Shown: one piece after another, positions 47,086 through 59,236 of the stretch
How the letters are laid out: the number at the start of each line of letters is the position of its first letter
Numbering within the stretch: the first letter of the stretch is position 1
Assembly: GCA_031835245.2 (NCBI GenBank)
Contig: JAVKOQ020000005.1
Coordinates: 434,001-498,000 of the forward strand
Direction of reading: 5' to 3'
From: Balamuthia mandrillaris
Taxonomy: Eukaryota
DNA length: 64,000 bases
The notes under the pieces: generated by a model
Database searches by the model: none
Told to the model about the DNA's origin: nothing
Seen by the model: the letters and a program-made list of their open reading frames with translations, nothing else
Position numbers and translations under genes: made by a program

Positions 47086-48354
47086 TCACTTGCCGATGGC
47101 GTTGGAAAGTTGACGCAACGTGTCAAAGATCTTCGTTAGAGTAGCTACCACCGGAAGCTTCTTCTGGGCACGATCTTTGCTGCCGACCTCTGTCTGCTTG
47201 CAGCAAAGGATAAACTCTCGGGCGTTGACAAGCAGCTCTTTGCAAGCATCCATAATCTGGCCCTTGGGCTCATGCAGCTTAGGATCAACGATGAGGTCCG
47301 TCGCCGTCTTGATCTTGAGCACCATCTCCCGCATTTGCGAGTTGAGCTGCACCAAGTCCAGGTCGGCCTGACCCAACATCTGTGCAATCTCATAGCCATG
47401 GGTGCCAGCCTTTACTAGCAACGTGCTGAGCTGAGTTTGGGTCATTGGGTCGAGCTTGTCGGCTGCTTGCTGACCAGGAGGAGAAGCAAAGCCTGTTGCG
47501 TCCTTCCTTTTGGCAGTTTTGTTGCTTTCCTCTTCCTTGCGCGGAGAGCGAATAGGTATGGTGCTCAACGAAGTGGAGATGGATGGCATGTAGTGAGGGC
47601 GCGACATTGACGCAATTGGTACTGTTAGTGTTGGTGTTGGAGATCCACTCTTCACGGAGGTTGGCACCCTAGTGGTGTTTGATGAGATCCTTGTTCTTAC
47701 GGCTGAGGTTGGAGAGGAGATGGAAGAGGAGGGTGAAGAGGTTGGTGCTGCGGTTAAAGACAAAGCGGCAGAAGGTGGTGAAGAGGTTGGTGCTGCGGTA
47801 GTTGTGGGTGTTGCGCTATTCGAAATAGGAGAAGATAAAGGCGAAGAAGAAGAAACAAGAGTTGGACTGCTTTTGCTGGCGGGGAGAGTAGAAGAGGAAA
47901 CAGAAGAAGCAGGACGAGCAGCCGAAGGGGTTGCTGCAACGGACCGACTACCAGAAGGAGAGGCAGACGAGGCTGAAGCAGTGGCAGTAGCGGTGACAAC
48001 AGGGGAGGCGGCTTTTGGCGCGGAAGAAATGATGGCAGAACCGCTTGCAATCGTGGAGTTCAGAATGGGTGAAACGGTAGCGGGTCTTCTGGGAGCGCAG
48101 TACGAGCCACTCTTGGCTCCAGTTTGTTGAAAACGAGCTGTGCCGTTGTCTGTGGCCGAACGGCTGGAGGAGGCTTTTCTGCGGCTGCGTTCGTTCATGG
48201 CCGCAATTTTCTGCTCTACGACGTCGCTCAGCTTTTGTATCTCCTTGTCCCACGCCTTGTGGTCGGCCGTCTTCATATGGTCGCTGGAACCAGAGACGGG
48301 AAGCCCGCGGGAGCGAGGAGAAAAGGCCTCTGCTTTTTCTTGAAGCGTCTCCAT
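47086..48354 (-). CDS. Hypothetical protein: Ser/Thr/Pro-rich middle, C-terminal helical-bundle-like domain
   Basis: Uninterrupted ORF from METLQEK...; amphipathic C-terminal region (IMDACKELLVNAREFILCC). Upstream exons are possible. Confidence 0.6.
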   Translation of the reverse strand: METLQEKAEAFSPRSRGLPVSGSSDHMKTADHKAWDKEIQKLSDVVEQKIAAMNERSRRKASSSRSATDNGTARFQQTGAKSGSYCAPRRPATVSPILNSTIASGSAIISSAPKAASPVVTATATASASSASPSGSRSVAATPSAARPASSVSSSTLPASKSSPTLVSSSSPLSSPISNSATPTTTAAPTSSPPSAALSLTAAPTSSPSSSISSPTSAVRTRISSNTTRVPTSVKSGSPTPTLTVPIASMSRPHYMPSISTSLSTIPIRSPRKEEESNKTAKRKDATGFASPPGQQAADKLDPMTQTQLSTLLVKAGTHGYEIAQMLGQADLDLVQLNSQMREMVLKIKTATDLIVDPKLHEPKGQIMDACKELLVNAREFILCCKQTEVGSKDRAQKKLPVVATLTKIFDTLRQLSNAIGK

Positions 48355-48915
48355 GGGTCGTGTCAAACCTGTTTTCCAAAGTGAACAAACAAAGGTAAGC
48401 AATAAAGAACAAAGAAAAAAAGGGAGGGGGAGGGGTCACCGAAAAAAAAAAACCCAGAACCTTGGCAACACTACCTGTTTGGGAGACAAAGGCTGATGTT
48501 CTGCAAACTAACGCGTTAGTGCAAATCCCGATCAAAAAGACGACACGAAAGGGAACACCCCCCCTTTCCCATAAAATTTTGGGGCGCAAAATCAAAAGTT
48601 TGAACACCCACAACAACGATGCTGCTGTTACCTGCCAAGTTAGAAGGACGCTTTGGGTGGTTGCCTAGACGTCCTAAGCGACGAGACTTGACCCAAAGTT
48701 TTCTGCCATACTCGGCTTTGCGTGACGTGTAGATCGTGAACCAACCACTGGTTGGTTTGTGGCCAACGTCAGCTGGTCTGGGTAAGGAAAGAGAATTCCA
48801 CACCCCCACCGAATTTCTCTTGGTTTTGTTGCGCCCAAAAGGACGACCCTGGTGGTGAAGCGAACCACTTTCACCAAGCCCTCTTCGAAACAACGAGAAC
48901 AACGCGGGAGAAGGC

Positions 48916-50875
48916 ATGACTTCTTTGCAATGGCTGCAGGAGAAGAAAAACCATAAGGACGATCCTTTGTTTCAAGAGCTCAGCGTGTGGGTCGACGACA
49001 ACAACAATCCAAGCGAGGGAGAAGAGGGAGAACAACGCCAACAGAAGCGCAAAGCAGAACAACAACTACAGGAAAGACCAACGGATGAAGCTCTGCTGGT
49101 TACTTCCGAACTGGAGTCCCTTGCCCCCATTGCATCAGAGCAGAGGACGTGGGGAGCGTTGCATTTTGCAGCCATCTGGATGGCTTTGGCTATCAGTGTG
49201 CCTACTTATATGATTGGATCATCGCTTCTTCTCGCAGGCTTGAACTGGTATGCATTTATTTGTGTAGTGCACCCTTTCTCTTTCATTCTTCCTCTTACCT
49301 TTTCTTTTTCGTTTCTCTTTCGGTGTTACTCTTTCTCCTTCGTCGTTTTCTCTGTTCTTTTTCTTCTTCTTCTTCTTCTTTCTTCTTCTTCTTCTCTCCA
49401 GTTCAAACGAGCAAACGATGTCTTCCCGAGATACAAGCTGACAAGAAAAGCTGTCTTGATCTAGGTGGCAAGCCTCACTTACCATTATGTTGGGCAACCT
49501 GATATGTTTAGTGCCGTTGGTGCTTAACGGTGAGGCGGGAGCACGCTATGGTATCTCCTTCCCTGTGTTTCTGCGTTCTAGCTTTGGCACAAGAGGGGCA
49601 AGGGTGGCGGCGCTAGCGCGCGGTGCGATAGGAGTCGGATGGTTCGGGCTCCAGCTGTATGTGGGAGGCATGGCGTTGGCCCAAGTCTTCGTGGCGGTGC
49701 TGCCCTCACTTCAGGGCAGCCCCTCCTTGGGCTCCTTCATCGGATTGAATGTAGTGGAAGCCTTCTCCTTGGCCCTGTTCTTCGCTGTGACGGTCGTGTT
49801 CCTTTGGATGGGAATACAGACCATCAAAGTATTGCAAGTGATAACCGCTCCGTTGCTGGTGTTGGCAGGTGGAGCCCTATTGGCATGGGCTCTCGTTGAA
49901 ACGGGGTTGCCTCGAATCCTGGAGACAACTTACGAGATGCAGGAAGAGGAAGGAGAATTGGATGGCAAAGGCAATGGCGGCTTCTCATGGCTGTTGGGCA
50001 CATTCGGCCCAGCAGTATCGGCAGTGGTTGGAGGCTGGTCCACGATGGCTCTGAACATCCTTGACTTCACGCGCTATGCCCGAAGCCAGCGGGATCAGGC
50101 CTTGGGCCAGGCGTTAGGACTGCCTCTGCCAATGACCTCGTTCGCGCTGGTGGGTATGGCAACCACAGCAGCCAGCTATGATCTCTATGGAGAAGCCATA
50201 TGGGAGCCAGCCGCTGTTTTCGCAACCTTCTCCAACAGAGCCGCCGTCGCTCTGGCCAGCTTACTTCTGGCGGTGGCGGTCATGGCGGCCAACCTAACGG
50301 CCAACGTGGTCTCTCCTGCCAACGACTTTGCGAACCTGTGGCCACAGAAGCTGAGCTTTAAGGCTGGGGGACTCATCACATGCGGCCTGGGTGTGGCCAT
50401 CATGCCCTGGAGGATCTTTGCGGATGCCCATAGCTTCGTCTTCGGCTGGTTGATAGGCGGCTCGGCCTTGCTGGGCGCCGTTGGTGGCGTTATGCTCTGC
50501 GACTATTACTTGTTGAAGCGGCGGCGGTTGGACGTTAGACAGCTCTACAAGGAGTGCGGCGTCGATGGCCCTTCCTCTTCGTTGTTGTACGGCTATCACA
50601 AAGGCTTCAACCTGTTGGCTTTCACGGCGGTGGCGGTGGCAATCTTGCCGTTGGCGCCGGGCTTCTTCAAGGCGGTACAGCTGATGGAGGGCCGCGGCTT
50701 GCCTTCCTTCCTGTTCACGTTGTACGATTACTCGTGGTTCGTGTCCTTCTTTCTGTCCTTTGCGCTCTACGCTTTGTTGTCATGGCTTTTTCCTTGGCGG
50801 CAGGACAAGAGGCCGGAAGACGAAGAGCATCCTCCTCCTTCGTCTGCTTTCCTCATTGCTTCCTTTTCATCGTGA
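48916..50875 (+). CDS. NCS1 family nucleobase:cation symporter (allantoin/uracil permease-like), 2 exons
   Basis: RTWG..HFAAIW, GLNW|WQA, GARYGISFPVFLRSSFG, WSTMALNILDFTRYA, ANVVSPANDF, PWR, DYYLLKR, YDYSWF. Confidence 0.93.
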
Positions 50876-51092
50876 CAGTCCACACCCATTTGCACATAAA
50901 AACGCTTTTTTTGTTGACACGTCTTCTTCCCTCGGTTTTTGGTTTTCTCGTCGTTCGTTCTCTCTTTCTCTCTTTCTTTCTTCTTTTTTCAGTGCAAAAA
51001 GTCTCTTCTTCTTTTGGTATTTCAATCGCTGCTGTTCCACAAAGGCTGCAGAGAGGGAAACACAAGCCACCACCATCTCGAGAAACCACACA

Positions 51093-51600
51093 ATGAGCCG
51101 ACAACAACAACAACAACAACCGGCGGAAGTCACGGCATCGACGAGCGTAACGGAGAAAACGGGCGGCGATGGCGCGGTGTTGTGCCGTGTAGTGCGGGAG
51201 GAGGTCGTGTGGGAAGGTCAATGGTTGCGCATGAAGCATGTGATCTGGGCCGATCCCACCGGCAGGGAACGCGTCTGGGAATCTCTCGGTACGTCACTGC
51301 CACTCCGCCTTCTCGTTGTGGTCTTTCCTCGACTAACTTACCTGGTTCTTCCTAAGAACGAACCAATCACAGCAAAGCACCGATGGATGGTTTGTAACGT
51401 CAACTTTTTCATCCTTCTCCCCTCGTTCCCTCACACCCTCTTTCTTTTTTGGCAGCTGTGGAGATCATCGCTATCGTGAAGAGAAAGGAGGCTCCAAACA
51501 CTGTCCTTCTGGTACGCCAGTTCAGACCTGCAGCCGGCTCCTATTGTATCGAGTTTCCAGCAGGTAGCTACCTCATTGATCTCTCTCTCCTTCTTTCTCT

Positions 51601-51637
<37 letters not shown>

Positions 51638-52202
51638 CACGAGCTGAGACACCGTTTTGGTCTTGTGTGAAAGGTTTATGTGACGCCAACGAACCACCCG
51701 AGACCACAGCTTTGCGCGAACTCAAAGAAGAAACCGGGTACACGGTTGGTATTCATCCCTGTCTTCTCCTTATTTTTCTCTTTCTTTCGCTCACGCGCTT
51801 TGCTTTCTTGTTGGAACCACCCACCACAGGGAAAAGTAGTTGACATATCTCATTCACTTTTGGTTTGTTCTTCTTCCTTCTTTCTTCTTCTTCCTGCTTT
51901 GTCTTCTTGCTTTGTCTTATTCTATATTGTTCTTCTTCCTTGTGGCGTGACAAAAGTTTGGAATGGCCGTGTCGAGCACAAGCTGCGCAGTGGCAACGAT
52001 ACATATCGATGGCGACGCCGAGGAGAACAAGCAGCCAGCACAGGAGCTGGACGATGGGGAGTACGTGGAGGTGTTGGAGGCACCCGTGAATGGGCTGCTG
52101 GAGTACTTGAAGGGCTGGTATGATAAAGGAGACACCATCATTGATGGAAAGATCTGGAGCATAGCCCAGACGTTGGCCAAGCCACACCTCTTTCTCGACT
52201 GA
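51093..52202 (+). CDS. NUDT5: ADP-ribose pyrophosphatase (NUDT5/Ysa1-like Nudix hydrolase), multi-exon
   Basis: DPTGRERVWES, QFRPAAG.YCIEFPAG|LCDANE...TALRELKEETGY (Nudix box), ELDDGEYVEV. Confidence 0.85.
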
Positions 52203-52434
52203 GTGATGGAGTTGGAGAACGAATGAGCTTGTAAAACCAGCTCCAAAAAAAAGCTGCTTTGTGAATAAGAAGGTTGTTCGTTGTTCTAGTTTTAAATAAA
52301 GTGAGGAAAGAGAGAAAGTCGCAAGAGAAGAAGAAAAGAGCTATCTACATGGAGGAGAGCAAGCAAAGGAGGTGACCAGCCAAACGCTTCGCCCTGCCAT
52401 TGCTTGTTAGGTCTTGGTATTGCCATCGTCGACG

Positions 52435-53402
52435 TCATTGAACGCACTCCTGTCCGCGGGGTGAGTGCTGCGCGGATTGATGAAAGGAGGAAGACGAGCT
52501 TACATTATTGCAGCGATGAGATGGAGTGGGGGCGTCCCTATGGTTCTCTTCCGCGATCTTCTCGAATCGTTGGAGGAGCTGCCGTACGTCTCCTCTGCTG
52601 AGGGTAGCGTAGAGCTTGTTATACTTTTCTTGATCGAAAGGTCTGTTGTGGTTATGCATCTTTGGCCGTGGTCGGGTTGGTAGGACAGGAGCGCTCTCTT
52701 GGTGGCCCAACGGACGTCCTCCGTTCCTTGCAGAGGGCACTTCCGCCTTACTCGAACCATCGCTGGTGCCATGCTTGCTGCTCTTGTGCGTTCGTTCTTT
52801 GAGTTTGCCCTCCTTTGCTTTCTCTTTCTTTTCCTTGTTCCCCCGCTTCAGTCGTTTCTTGTCTTGGTGGGAGTTGTCTTTCTTTTTGGATTTATTCTCT
52901 CCTGGGGTCTCTTCTTCGCTCACGCTTTCCGATTCGGTGCTACTTTTTTGTTCTGCTGCTTGTTGTTCCTCTTTCTCTCGTCTCTCCTTGCTGTTGTTTA
53001 GCATCTTCTGTACATTTTGGCGTGCTTTCTTTCGCTTATTTTTTCGTTTTTCTTCTTCCTCTTCTATGCACTTTTGCAAGTAATAGACCACCGACTCTTC
53101 GTCCTTTCCTTCTTTGCCGTCGTTAATCCAGCCATCTTTTTTTTTTGTGATGACAATATTTAACAAGAGTTACTCAGTGTGTAGCGAAAAAGTGGGAGGA
53201 GTAATCAGAAGGAAAGAGGGAAGTAAAAGAGGGAAAAGATGAGAGAGTCTTGTGGTTTGACAAGTTTGGCGGATGAATACAAACCCAAAAGATTGCGAAC
53301 GCTCAACGAGAAATCTTTATCTTTGGTGAGCCGCCTGACTTCAGGAGTATGAGGCGGACTTTCAGTGGGGCTCCAGTCAGGACACCAATCATCGTCCTCC
53401 AT
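52435..53402 (-). CDS. Hypothetical charged protein, 2 exons
   Basis: MEDDDWCPDWSP...RNLL G|gtttgt intron to aaaag|AT GGC joins the 52435-53166 frame. No recognised domain. Confidence 0.5.
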
Positions 53403-53906
53403 GGCTGGCTACAAGGAAAAAAATAAAATAAAATCAAAGCTTTGGGAGGGAGTCAAGACTCCAAGAATAATGGGTGATGGATCGGGGTGTTTGTAGAACG
53501 GGGAGTAGTATCCTGCGAATCGCTCTCTTTTTCCCAGCACAAGCTAACTTTTTTTTTAAACGTTTGAAAGACTAATCCAAAACAAAAAAAAAGTTCCTTT
53601 CTTCGCCTCCAAAGCACGAAAGCTTTCCTTCGTGTTTCCCGTAATTTTGATTTGAATCCAATGATGGGCCTGAGCGTTTGCCCGTTAACGGCCGGTTTAG
53701 ATTTCCCATAATTAAGTCGCCGCCTTTTATACGTTATTATCCTTTTATGTTATGCCACGTCATGAACTCCTCCTTTTTATAGTAAATTTGTCGACAAACT
53801 GCGCTTTTATGATTGTTGTTGATTAAAAAGGATAGAGAGTCTCTGTTCGGATTTGCACAAAAAATAAAAACCTTTTCTTCTTTTTTTGGTTTTTTTTTTT
53901 GGGAGT

Positions 53907-56900
53907 TTACTTGTCGCTGGCTTTGTCGAAGAAGAACTGGGAAACGGCTTCGTCGAGCATTGCTCTTCGTCCGCGTCTCAGTTTCTTGCAGAAGCTGATG
54001 GTTCGATAGGTGGCCAACTCGCCGTTGATCAGTTTGGCCATAAGAAAGTCCTTGAAGAGCGGGTCCTTGGTGGAGAAGACGCAAGGCTTGGGCAGGGTCG
54101 GACCGAAGGGTGGCACGTCCTCTTTGGAGCAAACAGTGAGCTGGTAGTAGGCCTCCATGTGATTCGAAGGAGCCCCAGCCTCTCCTCCGCCAATGCCCAT
54201 CTTATCGTCCTGCGCCTCGGCGATCATCTTGAATCGCCGAATGACGAAGATGTTGTGGATAAAGTGAGAGGCAACAGTGGAGGTTCTGAATTGCCAAGAC
54301 CTGTCCGTTGTTGAGCCCTTCTCTTCATCCACAAACACGATAAGATTGATGTCGTTGCCGAGATGCCTCTTCCGCTCCAGTTGCTGCGAGTTTGGCGTTG
54401 GATCGAAGGGAAGCATTGTGGAGACGTGGAACATCACCTCATTTCCTTGCCAGCTATTATAGATGGAGGAGGTACCGGTGGTGTTCCTCCTTACATCCAG
54501 CCCACCTGCGAACTTTTTCCAACCTTCCAGCTTGACCTCTTCTCCAAGGAATCGCAGAAACTCCTCCCAATGAGGGCTTCCTTGCCTGTTGGAAAACATA
54601 TCTATGACAAAAGAGTTTAAAATAACACGTCTTACGGTGGGTGATGGCTTCGAAGGAAACCTACCTTCTTCCAAGGTCTGACCCTCCTTTACCAGCAACA
54701 CGCCAAACTTGTACTGCTGTGGCTTTTCTTTGCGTTCCATGTCCAACAAGTACTGACTCAATTGAGGAGTTGTCACCTCTCGGACGATGCCACATGAAAG
54801 TAGCAGAGGATTCACCATTTGCAAAAGCTTGTACGGCGAAGAGCACCACCCCGATATATCTTTTTCAAAGGAAAGAAGGGAAGCACGGATCAGCATCCCT
54901 AGCAGATACAACATGAGGGGAGACAACAAACCAACGCTAGCGGCAGGTATAAAGATGTTTTGATCGCCATCCTGTGTTTTGATGAGCACTCGGTACACAT
55001 CGTTGGCTTCTTCACGCTTGAAAGATATGATGACGGTACCCAATGGAGTTTCAATACCAAGGAAGTTTCGGTGTGCTTTGCCAAAGAAAAAGTCTTTGTA
55101 CCAAGCGTGACTTTCAAGCTTGCTGTATTGCGCTGCATCCAACTATTTATCCGATAAAACAAAGGGTCAACTTTGGACGACGGGTCTTACCGCGGCAAAC
55201 AGAGAAGAAGGCACGTACGCAAAACTCGTGTTCGTGCTCCAGTATCCATCCTTCTTCGACTTGGATCAAGGAGCGGGTTAAATGTTTGCGAGCATTGGCA
55301 GGAGATACAATGATGGTGCCTCGAGGAGAAGGGCTAGTGGGAGCAACCACCATGTAAGGAGGTCCTTCCCGGCTACGAGACCTTTCTGTTTTGAGCAACA
55401 TTAACGAACTGCCTTCAGTGGCAAGGGATGCATCTGCTGCTGGCAGTTGTTGCCGCTCCTTTTGATACAACGAAACTAGATCCTTTACACTATTGCCTCT
55501 CTTGGTATTCTTTTGTTGTTGGGCATCTACAGCAACAACAGAGGCAAGTTAACGTTTTATCCATGCGGTTTCTCTTTCTTTCTCTCCTCTCAATCAGTAA
55601 CGTGCTCTCTCTCTGTCTCTCTCTGTCTCTCTGTCTCTCTGTCTCTCTCTCTCTCTCTGTCTCTGTCTCTCTCTCTCTCTCTCCTTCAAAACAAGGGATA
55701 ATAATACCTGACGAAACGGCGCCGCTGTCAGCGCTGTCAGTGGCATCATTAGAATCTTTCTGTTTGAAGTGTCGCAACGTGCTCTTCCCTATTTGAGATA
55801 GCAGAAGCAATCGTTTCATTCGTCTATTATCTTCTGCGTCCGCTTCTGCTTCTATTTCTTCTTCTTCTTCTGTATTGGCGTGGGTTAAAGACCGGTCCCG
55901 CTATCTCTCAAAAAACAAAAGCAGATTAAAACGGTATGTTGCTTACCTCCACCATTTTCTAACGCCTGCTGTTCTCTGATCATGGCGATTGCGTTAGGAC
56001 TGCTAAGATCGACTGTGGCTCGCCTTAGCTTCCACTGTATTCCTCTTCTGCTTTGTCCTTTGGTCTTTGGGGGTGGTTTCTCGGGGGTCTCTTCCTCCTG
56101 GTCATTGCTGTCTGCTTTCAGTGCCTCGGACAAGAATGAAGGCAAAGGAATGGCTCTGCCAGACGAGGAGAATCCTTCTGAGAACGACTTCCTGTTGGCT
56201 CTTCTCAATTCCATAACTTCCTGCTTTAGAAGTTCGTTCTGGTGAACGAGAGCAGCTCTTTCTTGTGACTTTTCTTGTACTTCCATCTGCAAGCGTTCCA
56301 CTTGCTCCGTCAAGAAGGCCAGCTGTTCTTCGAGAGTTCTTTGTAACTGGATTTTGCCTCCTTCTATGCGTAACTTTCCAGGCGGCATGCCTGTCGTGGC
56401 TGCTCTTGGGGGGCTGTATTTGCCGGCCCGTGTTCTTGTTAGTCCCTCATCTCAAGGAAAAGAAAAAAAAGCTACGAAACAACGTGGCAAACAAAACAAC
56501 GTAGTTAATACCTTGCAGCGGAGACTGTGTCAGAGTATGACCTTGGCAGCGCAGTACTACTACTAGTATGTAGGAGAAGCAACAGGTACAGGTGCGCTCT
56601 GCTCCGGTCCTCCCATGCGGGGCATCAGAGATTTGAGCAGTTCCGTTGAACGAGGGCGTCGTTTCTTTCCTTTATGTTGTGGAGAGTTCTCGCTATCTGT
56701 TGAAGCTACCTTGGCGTGTTCCGAGACGCTGCTGGTGGGTGCGTCCAACGGAACGGGTTGCGAGCTGGTCGATCTGGAAAGCGAACCGGCGCGTTGGCGC
56801 GGAGGTGCAGGCGGTTTGTTCTTGCGGGAATGGATGGAGACGGGCGCCTCTCCTCCCGTTTCTCCCTCGCTGATGAAGCCCCTGGAAGGAGACCAGCTTC

Positions 56901-56919
56901 TCGGGGTGGTTGGGTTCAT
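53907..56919 (-). CDS. Rap/Ran-GAP domain protein with N-terminal coiled coil, multi-exon
   Basis: YKFGVLLVKEGQ, F.GGLD....TG..SIY, EVMFHVSTMLP...QQLERKRHLGND, FLMAKLINGE. Confidence 0.92.
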
Positions 56920-57146
56920 TGTCCGCCTCTCTCCTCTTCGGATTGTTTTTTTGTGCTTTTTGGTTCGTTACACAACCTCTCCGGTTACTATTCATTCATT
57001 AACGAATAAAAAGGCTGTTAACCAGGAGATCTCCGAGGGGTCAAAAAATGGAAACTTCAGATATTAAAAAATTTCGAAGAAAAAAATTACATAAAAATAT
57101 GTCCTTTTTACGAAAGGCGTTAAGCTCGAACACGAACGAAGCGAAG

Positions 57147-59189
57147 ATGGAAGTAACGCACGCAGAAGGAGGAACGATAGGGACAAGGGTGGTGGCTCAT
57201 CTTGATATGGACTGTTTCTTTGTGCAGGTGGAAAGGCAGCAGAGGAGGGAGCTGATGGGCAAACCGGTCGCCGTTCAGCAGCACGACGACCTCATATCGG
57301 TGAGTTACGAAGCTCGTGCTCTTGGGGTCAAAAAGCATATGTCACCCTCCGAAGCTTTGAACGTTTGTCCGGACCTTGTCTTGGTTCACGTGAGACGTAA
57401 CGCGGGCACTTCAAAGGTCACTTATGAAGACTACCATAATGCGAGTGCTGCGTTACTTGCTCTTGTCAAAGAGTTGCTACCTTTGGGTGCGTTAACCTTA
57501 TCGGTTTCTCTCCATTGTTTCACCAACATGGTCTCGCATTCTCTCTTTCTTATGATTCTACATAGCCGTTGTAGAAAAAGCCAGCATTGATGACCTGTAC
57601 ATTGACCTCTCCCCACTTGTGGGCAACGAGCTTCCACCGACAGACACACAAACACAATCACGTATATAACTTCTGTACTTTGTAAGTGGTGGTTGTCTGA
57701 CAAAAAACTATTGGTTTGCAAACAGAATCATCGTCTGCCCTTCAGAGCTCTTTTGGAGAGAAACATGCTCATTTGCAACTGGTATATGGTCGAGGTAATA
57801 AGGCTATCGTTTGTGGTTTTGTACACTAGTTTAACGCATTGTTGTATTGTTGCAGAACCTACCATACTTTCAGAGCGAGATAGACAACTGTTGAAGGGGG
57901 CAGACGTTGTGTGTGAATTAAGAGAAGCCATTCATCGGCGGTTAGGTAATGCTGGTTGTTTTTCATAAAAAGCACGCGTTAAGTTCTAACTCATCATCAA
58001 ACCTTACCATTGTAAGGGTTTACCAGTTCGGGCGGAATCGCTCAGAACAAACTACTAGCACGATTAGCGTCCTCCCAAAACAAACCGAACGGACAGACTG
58101 TGCTTCTTCCATGCAATGAATATTTGTTGCTGGAGAACGTACCGATCCGAAGCCTTCCACAACTTTCCCGCCGTCTCGGTGGTCAGAAGAACTTGGACCA
58201 GCTGTTGAGTGCTGTCAAGAACCTGCAAGAACAAGAACAGGAGGGACAATCTGGAGGGAGCGATCAACAACAGCAACGAACCGGGCCACCAATAGCCTCC
58301 TTGCAACGGTTCAGTCAAGAAGAACTTGCCTCGTTTGCAGGCACAGAAGAAAGAAGGATTGAGTGGCTGTTACAAGCGTGTAGAGGACAGGACAACGAAG
58401 CGGTCCGAGAAAAAGGTCCACCCAAGTCTATCCTATCCAGCATGACTTTGACGCCTCTGGAAGGGGTGCCTCAACTCCGCAAAGTGGTACGTTACATTGC
58501 ATCAGAGATGAGCCACCGTCTCCTGGAAGATGAACAACAACATGGCAGAGAAGCGCAATACATCACTTTTGGTTATCGCCTCGTTGATGAGAAGGAAAAG
58601 TCTCAGAGCATACCTCTTTCCAAAGTTGCAGCCAAAGAGAAGGCCTTAGTAAAGCAACTACAACAAGAAGGAAAGAACGTGGACGAAGAAGCACAGCGAG
58701 CTGATGCTTTGACCTCCCTCGCCCTTGATTCTTTTCTTTCCTCAAACCAAGACAAGAGGTTCGATTTCTCTCTCGTGTTCGTATTCATTTCACTTCTTCT
58801 ACTTTTCTGATTACATCAATTGCAAAAGGTGGAGAGTGCGTTGGATTGGCTTCACTGCCACAAAGTTTATGAAGCACCGCCAATCTATTGCTTCCTTCTT
58901 TGCTTCTTCTCCAACGAAAGAAAGTAAAGGCTTTGCCGTACAACCAACAACAGAAGAAAAGAAATCGGGCGAGGAACAAAAAGAAGAACGCCCAAACGAA
59001 GTAAATCCTTCGTCACCAAGTTTTCAGTCCGCTAAGAGCCCAAAGAGGAAGCAGCCAAGCAAAGCCACTTCTGCTCGAGACCGAGCCAACAAGTCACCAC
59101 AGAAGAAAGGCAGAGGGGGTGCGTGCGATAAGCAACAACCAACTTTGTTGAACTTCTTTGCCCGCAATCAAGCGAAAGAACAAAAGTAA
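57147..59189 (+). CDS. Y-family DNA polymerase (Pol eta/iota-like), multi-exon
   Basis: VVAHLDMDCFFVQVE, SYEARALGVKK, VEKASIDDLYIDL, GFTSSGGIAQNKLLARLAS..NKPNGQT, PKSI; C-terminal PIP-like QSIASFF and QPTLLNFF. Confidence 0.88.
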
Positions 59190-59236
59190 GAATACACTTT
59201 CAACTCTCAGCGTCTGCTATCAACCACTTTTTTCTT

